64,000 bases of DNA, from NCBI GenBank assembly GCA_002269645.1, contig NIVC01000988.1, positions 1 through 64,000 on the forward strand. Reading direction: 5' to 3'. The translations under genes and the position numbers were made by a program. Source of the DNA: Macrostomum lignano (Eukaryota). Under the pieces are notes generated by a model. The model saw nothing but the letters and a program-made list of their open reading frames with translations, ran no database searches and was not told the origin of the DNA. This document shows, in pieces, positions 59,516-64,000 of this stretch (position 1 is the stretch's first letter; each line of letters starts with the position of its first letter).

Positions 59516-60294
59516 GGTGCACACAACCCCTGCCTCTAAAAAAACACTCTGATAGCCTTGGGGGTTGGCCTTCATAGGTCATCGCGCGACAACACCGACT
59601 ATTCGTCCTTTCCTTCTACTGCAGTTTCTCATGAATGAAGCAAAGCATGATTGAGTTGTCGGCCGCTCCTCGTCATTCAATTCTCGATCTGCAGTTGCCA
59701 GTCGGGGAGAATCGAAAATGACAAGACAGACTGTCGAATCTAAAAAAAGGACACTCGTCGACCACGGTCTGCTTTGCGCTTGAATTGGCCACCAAAGGAA
59801 GACCGAATAGTTGCGTTCTTAGCTTTTTTTATTTCCTTAACTCTAATACTCGTTTGTCTTTCCAGTTGCCCACCACATCAACAGGGGTAGAATTTGCGCG
59901 CGTGTGTTTTCCGCTTCAAGCTTCACCCAGCCACCCAAGTGCGCACAACTTGCAATCCCATTAGTAAACGTCATGCAAGCTTAGTCGAAGGCGAAGAAAT
60001 CTCTCCGCAGCCATGCAAAACTATTCCAATGCTAAGCAGGCCCCCAGTTTTCCTTGTAACTGTTGCACTTTTTAACGAATCTGCTTTTTGGCGAAAACAA
60101 AAGTTGTTTTATGACTCTGTGTGGCGACGCAAGCGACTGGATTGAACGCAGTTTTAAGGGAGTGGAGTCCACAAAGCACTGGATCGAGTTGAAAAGAGCC
60201 GAAAGTAAGTTTTCAACGGAGCAAAATGGGTGCAGGTTAACCAACTAGTGAGCGTAAAATGCATTCACTGGAATTTATTGATGGTTGTGCAGTA

Positions 60295-61850
60295 GATCAG
60301 GGGTGCTACATGCGCTACAGGGGTAACAGATGCAATACAGGGGTAACAGATGCAATACAGGGGTAACAGATGCAATACAGGGGTAACAGATGCAATACAG
60401 GGGTGCTAGATGCAATACAGGGGTAACAGATGCAATACAGGGGTAACAGATGCAATACAGGGGTGCTAGATGCAATACAGGGGTAACAGATGCAATACAG
60501 GGGTAACAGATGCAATACAGGGGTAACAGATGCAATACAGGGGTAACAGATGCAATACAGGGGTAACAGATGCAATACAGGGGTAACAGATGCAATACAG
60601 GGGTAACAGATGCAATACAGGGGTAACAGATGCAATACAGGGGTAACAGATGCAATACAGGGGTAACAGATGCAATACAGGGGTAACAGATGCAATACAG
60701 GGGTAACAGATGCAATACAGGGGTGCTAGATGCAATACAGGGGTGCTAGATGCAATACAGGGGTACCAGATGCAATACAGGGGTAACAGATGCAATACAG
60801 GGTGCTAGATTCAATACAGGGGTGCTAGATGCAATACAGGGGTAACAGATGCAATACAGGGGTAACAGATGCAATACAGGGGTGCTACATGCGCGCTACA
60901 GGGGTGCTAGATGCAATACAGGGGTAACAGATGCAATACAGGGGTAACAGATGCAATACAGGAGTGCTACATGCGCGCTACAGGGGTGCTAGATGCAATA
61001 CAGGGGTAACAGATGCAATACAGGGTGCTAGATTCAATACAGGGGTGCTAGATGCAATACAGGGTGCTAGATGCAATACAGGGGTAACAGATGCACTACA
61101 GGGGTAACAGATGCAATACAGGGGTAACAGATGCAATACAGGGGTGCTAGATGCAATACAGGGGTAACAGATGCAATACAGGGGTAACAGATGCAATACA
61201 GGGGTAACAGATGCAATACAGGGTTGCTAGATGCAATACAGGGTGCTAGATGCAATACAGGGGTAACAGATGCAATACAGGGTGCTAGATGCAATACAGG
61301 GGTAACAGATGCAATACAGGGTGCTAGATGCAATACAGGGTGCTAGATGCAATACAGGGGTAACAGATGCAATACAGGGTGCTAGATGCAATACAGGGTG
61401 CTAGATGCAATACAGGGGTAACAGATGCACTACAGGGGTGCTAGATGCAATACAGGGGTAACAGATGCACTACAGGGGTGCTAGATGCAATACAGTGGTA
61501 ACAGATGCACTACAGGGGTGCTAGATGCAATACAGGGGTGCTAGATGCAATACAGGGGTGCTAGATGCAATACAGGGAACAGGGGTGCTAGATGCAATAC
61601 AGGGAACAGGGTTGCTAGATGCAATACAGGGTTGCTAGATGCAATACAGGGGTGCTAGATGCAATACAGGGAACAGGGATGCTAGATGCAATACAGGGAA
61701 CAGGGGTGCTAGATGCAGTACAGGGAACAGGGGTGCTAGATGCAATACAGGGAACAGGGTTGCTAGATGCAATACAGGGAACAGGGGTGCTAGATGCAAT
61801 ACAGGGAACAGGGGTGCTAGATGCAATACAGGGAACAGGGGTGCTAGATA
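60295..61850. repeat. 20-bp minisatellite GGGGTAACAGATGCAATACA / GGGGTGCTAGATGCAATACA grading into a 27-28-bp variant
   Basis: 1.55-kb tandem array. Confidence 0.97.
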
Positions 61851-61930
61851 ATCAATAAATGTGCAATCAATCGGCATGGCTAGAATATCGAAAAATCGCC
61901 AAGACACAGACAAATAGTAATTAGTTCGCC

Positions 61931-61944
61931 CCACGTCACGTGAC
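61931..61944. promoter_or_regulatory. Overlapping UPRE-like and CLEAR/E-box motif CCACGTCACGTGAC
   Basis: GTCACGTGAC palindrome at 61935-61944 overlapping CCACGTCA (reverse complement TGACGTGG); no target gene identified. Confidence 0.3.
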
Positions 61945-62606
61945 ACATGCCAGCTGTACTCGGGCCTATTCCGACACCTAAGAAAGTTCTTAATCGACTG
62001 CAGATTTCTTCTCCTGTTTCTCCCTTTGCGTAGGGAGGATCAAAAACTTTTTTATCCTTTTAACTAGGTCTCCCGCACATGACTGCAGTGAGATCAGCTT
62101 ACAACCCGCTCAACTAGGAAGTTGGCAACTGCGTACTCGTCTTTACAATCTTGCTGTTAGTATGTTAGCTAAAAAATCGCACAAAACATAAGCCCTCCTA
62201 ACGCGTGCGCCTTCATGTGTATCTAACAAAAAATGACTGGAAAAAATTGATCAACTTGCAGAAGAAGGAACGCAACCCTGACCGGCTGTTGTGTGTGTGT
62301 GACAGAGACAAAAAAATGCACTAAAATCGCAACAAGATTCTGTTTTTTTACAAAGGTCCGTTTTTAAGATCCGCAAGCGTCTTGCTTGCGTGACACCTGC
62401 TGCTTGAGCCGCTCACATGCACGGCCTTGCAAATCCTGGCCTTATCTTTTAGATAGAGCATTTTGCCGAGCTAATCCAACGACTAAGCTTAAGTCTCTGC
62501 CCCGAGTACGGCCCGTAGCTCCACTTCACTGACCGAAATCCACTGAAATGCGTTTTAATGAGCTCTCGTCTCACTGTTTATTATTGTTTTGACAGATTGC
62601 GATGGA

Positions 62607-63048
62607 TACTGACATGGTCATACAGTGGGTTACTGACATGGTCATACAGTAAGCTACTGACATGGTCATACAGTGAGCTACTAACATGGTCATGCAGTGA
62701 GCTACTGACATGGTCATGCAGTGAGTTACTAACATGGTCATTACAGTGAGCTACTGACATGGTCATGCAGTGAGCTACTAACATGGTCATGCAGTGAGCT
62801 ACTGACATGGTCATACAGTGGGTTACTGACATGGTCATACAGTAAGCTACTGACATGGTCATACAGTGAGCTACTAACATGGTCATGCAGTGAGCTACTG
62901 ACATGGTCATGCAGTGAGTTACTAACATGGTCATTACAGTGAGCTACTGACATGGTCATGCAGTGAGCTACTGACATGGTCATGCAGTGAGCTACTGACA
63001 TGGTCATACAGTGAGTTACTAACATGGTCATTACAGTGAGCTACTGAC
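62607..63048. repeat. 24-bp minisatellite GTGAGCTACTRACATGGTCATRCA, ~18 units
   Basis: Tandem array that begins just after an acceptor-like site at 62595. Confidence 0.97.
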
Positions 63049-63329
63049 GGGGTCGACCAGTGCAAGTGAACTGTTTCTGGATTTATCAGTATATTAATTA
63101 TTTTTAAGTTGAAAATATAACAGAAGCACTTTATCATCCCGCAAATAAATGATTTTGAGTATTGTTTACTGTCTGCCTAATTTTTTAAGTCTCTTACTAT
63201 GAATTTTGATGAAGGGCATTATTCCTAAAGTCAGCAACCGTCCCACCCACACGAATTCGGTTTTGTTTACTTTACTTCGCATCCTTTCATCGGCTACTCG
63301 GGGGGGGGGTGAATCTTCATGGCAGCTCA

Positions 63330-64000
63330 TCAGCTAGCTATCTGCTGCCTATGGATTCCTTTACTTCATCCTCACTGCGTCAAGCTGCTACCGGGGGTGT
63401 GGGTGAGAGCTTGAGAGGGGGGAGTCAGCAGAGGGCCGAGGTCGAGCCAGTATAGGGGGTGAATGGGGTTGAAAATAGGCGAAGAGTTTTTTGGGGATAG
63501 CGAAGGAATTAGTGCCAGAAAGTAATGCCGACGTATGGAGATTCCGTCGCAGAAGGGTGGCCGTTAGGGGTTTGATTTGAGGCTTGGGATCTAGGCAAGA
63601 GCAAGCGAGAGGGGTGCAGAGATTGGGAGGGGGGGAGCAGCCGGGAGGAGACGAGATAGATAGCAGAGTGCGCTTGCGTGTAAAATCCCTGGAACGGGTA
63701 GCAGCCGCGTTAAGCGTCAGGAAAGCTCGGGTGCGGAGGTCGGGTTGGTCGCTACGCTGGGTGAGGGTAGCAACGGGAAAGCACGGTCCGCCGGAGGGGA
63801 GATAGGAGAAGAGAGACAGAGGATTTCATTGGAATCCAAGATGCCCCAAACAACCTCCTCCCCCAATCCCTGCCCCGCTGTTGCCTATCCAGCCGTTCCT
63901 CTATCCTCGGCTGTACCTAAGCTTAGTCTGCCCTCTTCGCCCACAATGCACCATTGGCCGCAGCTGGGGAGTTAGGGGGCGGACTTCTACGCAAGGAAGA
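63330..64000 (-). other. Possible decayed non-LTR retrotransposon or other coding remnant
   Basis: C-rich minus strand with a stop-free frame of ~150 codons that lacks a start; no diagnostic RT/EN motif recognised. Confidence 0.2.

Noticed and set aside
60275-63137. Cys-rich (LHLLPLYCICYPCIASVTPV) and His/Asp-rich repeat ORFs
   Set aside because: Direct translations of 20- and 24-bp arrays.

Overview
Eukaryotic (metazoan) genomic DNA, not prokaryotic. It has GC-rich exons with poly-Ala/Gln tracts, GT-AG introns, and about 35 different tandem arrays covering roughly 25 kb (~40%, summed by eye). This architecture best fits a free-living flatworm such as Macrostomum, but that is an inference and was not verified. 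Manual splicing gives seven protein-coding loci: SETDB1-like H3K9 methyltransferase (-, runs off the left end, several 1-nt indels), a tetraspanin (-), FAM193 (+, with a GC-AG intron), an orphan 98-aa ORF (-), a B-box/coiled-coil/NHL protein (-, two 1-nt deletions), a PKA type-II regulatory subunit (+) and SAXO/FAM154 (+). There are also two hAT-type MITEs with 8-bp TSDs, a tRNA-headed CORE (MIR-like) SINE, and RFX X-boxes in and upstream of the ciliary SAXO gene. Most long ORFs in the supplied track are artefacts of stop-free repeats. The most unusual pattern is that 17 of 18 coding introns each hold their own minisatellite, and several look like a 50-130 nt intron inflated by it. Many of the repeat units mimic splice signals, and one 24-bp unit is donor + TACTAAC branch point + YAG. 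Three unrelated introns start with GTGAG while their downstream exon starts with GCGAG. These are hypotheses about intron birth, expansion and recursive splicing that need RNA-seq and genome-wide statistics. No CRISPR array, rRNA or intact tRNA gene is supported.
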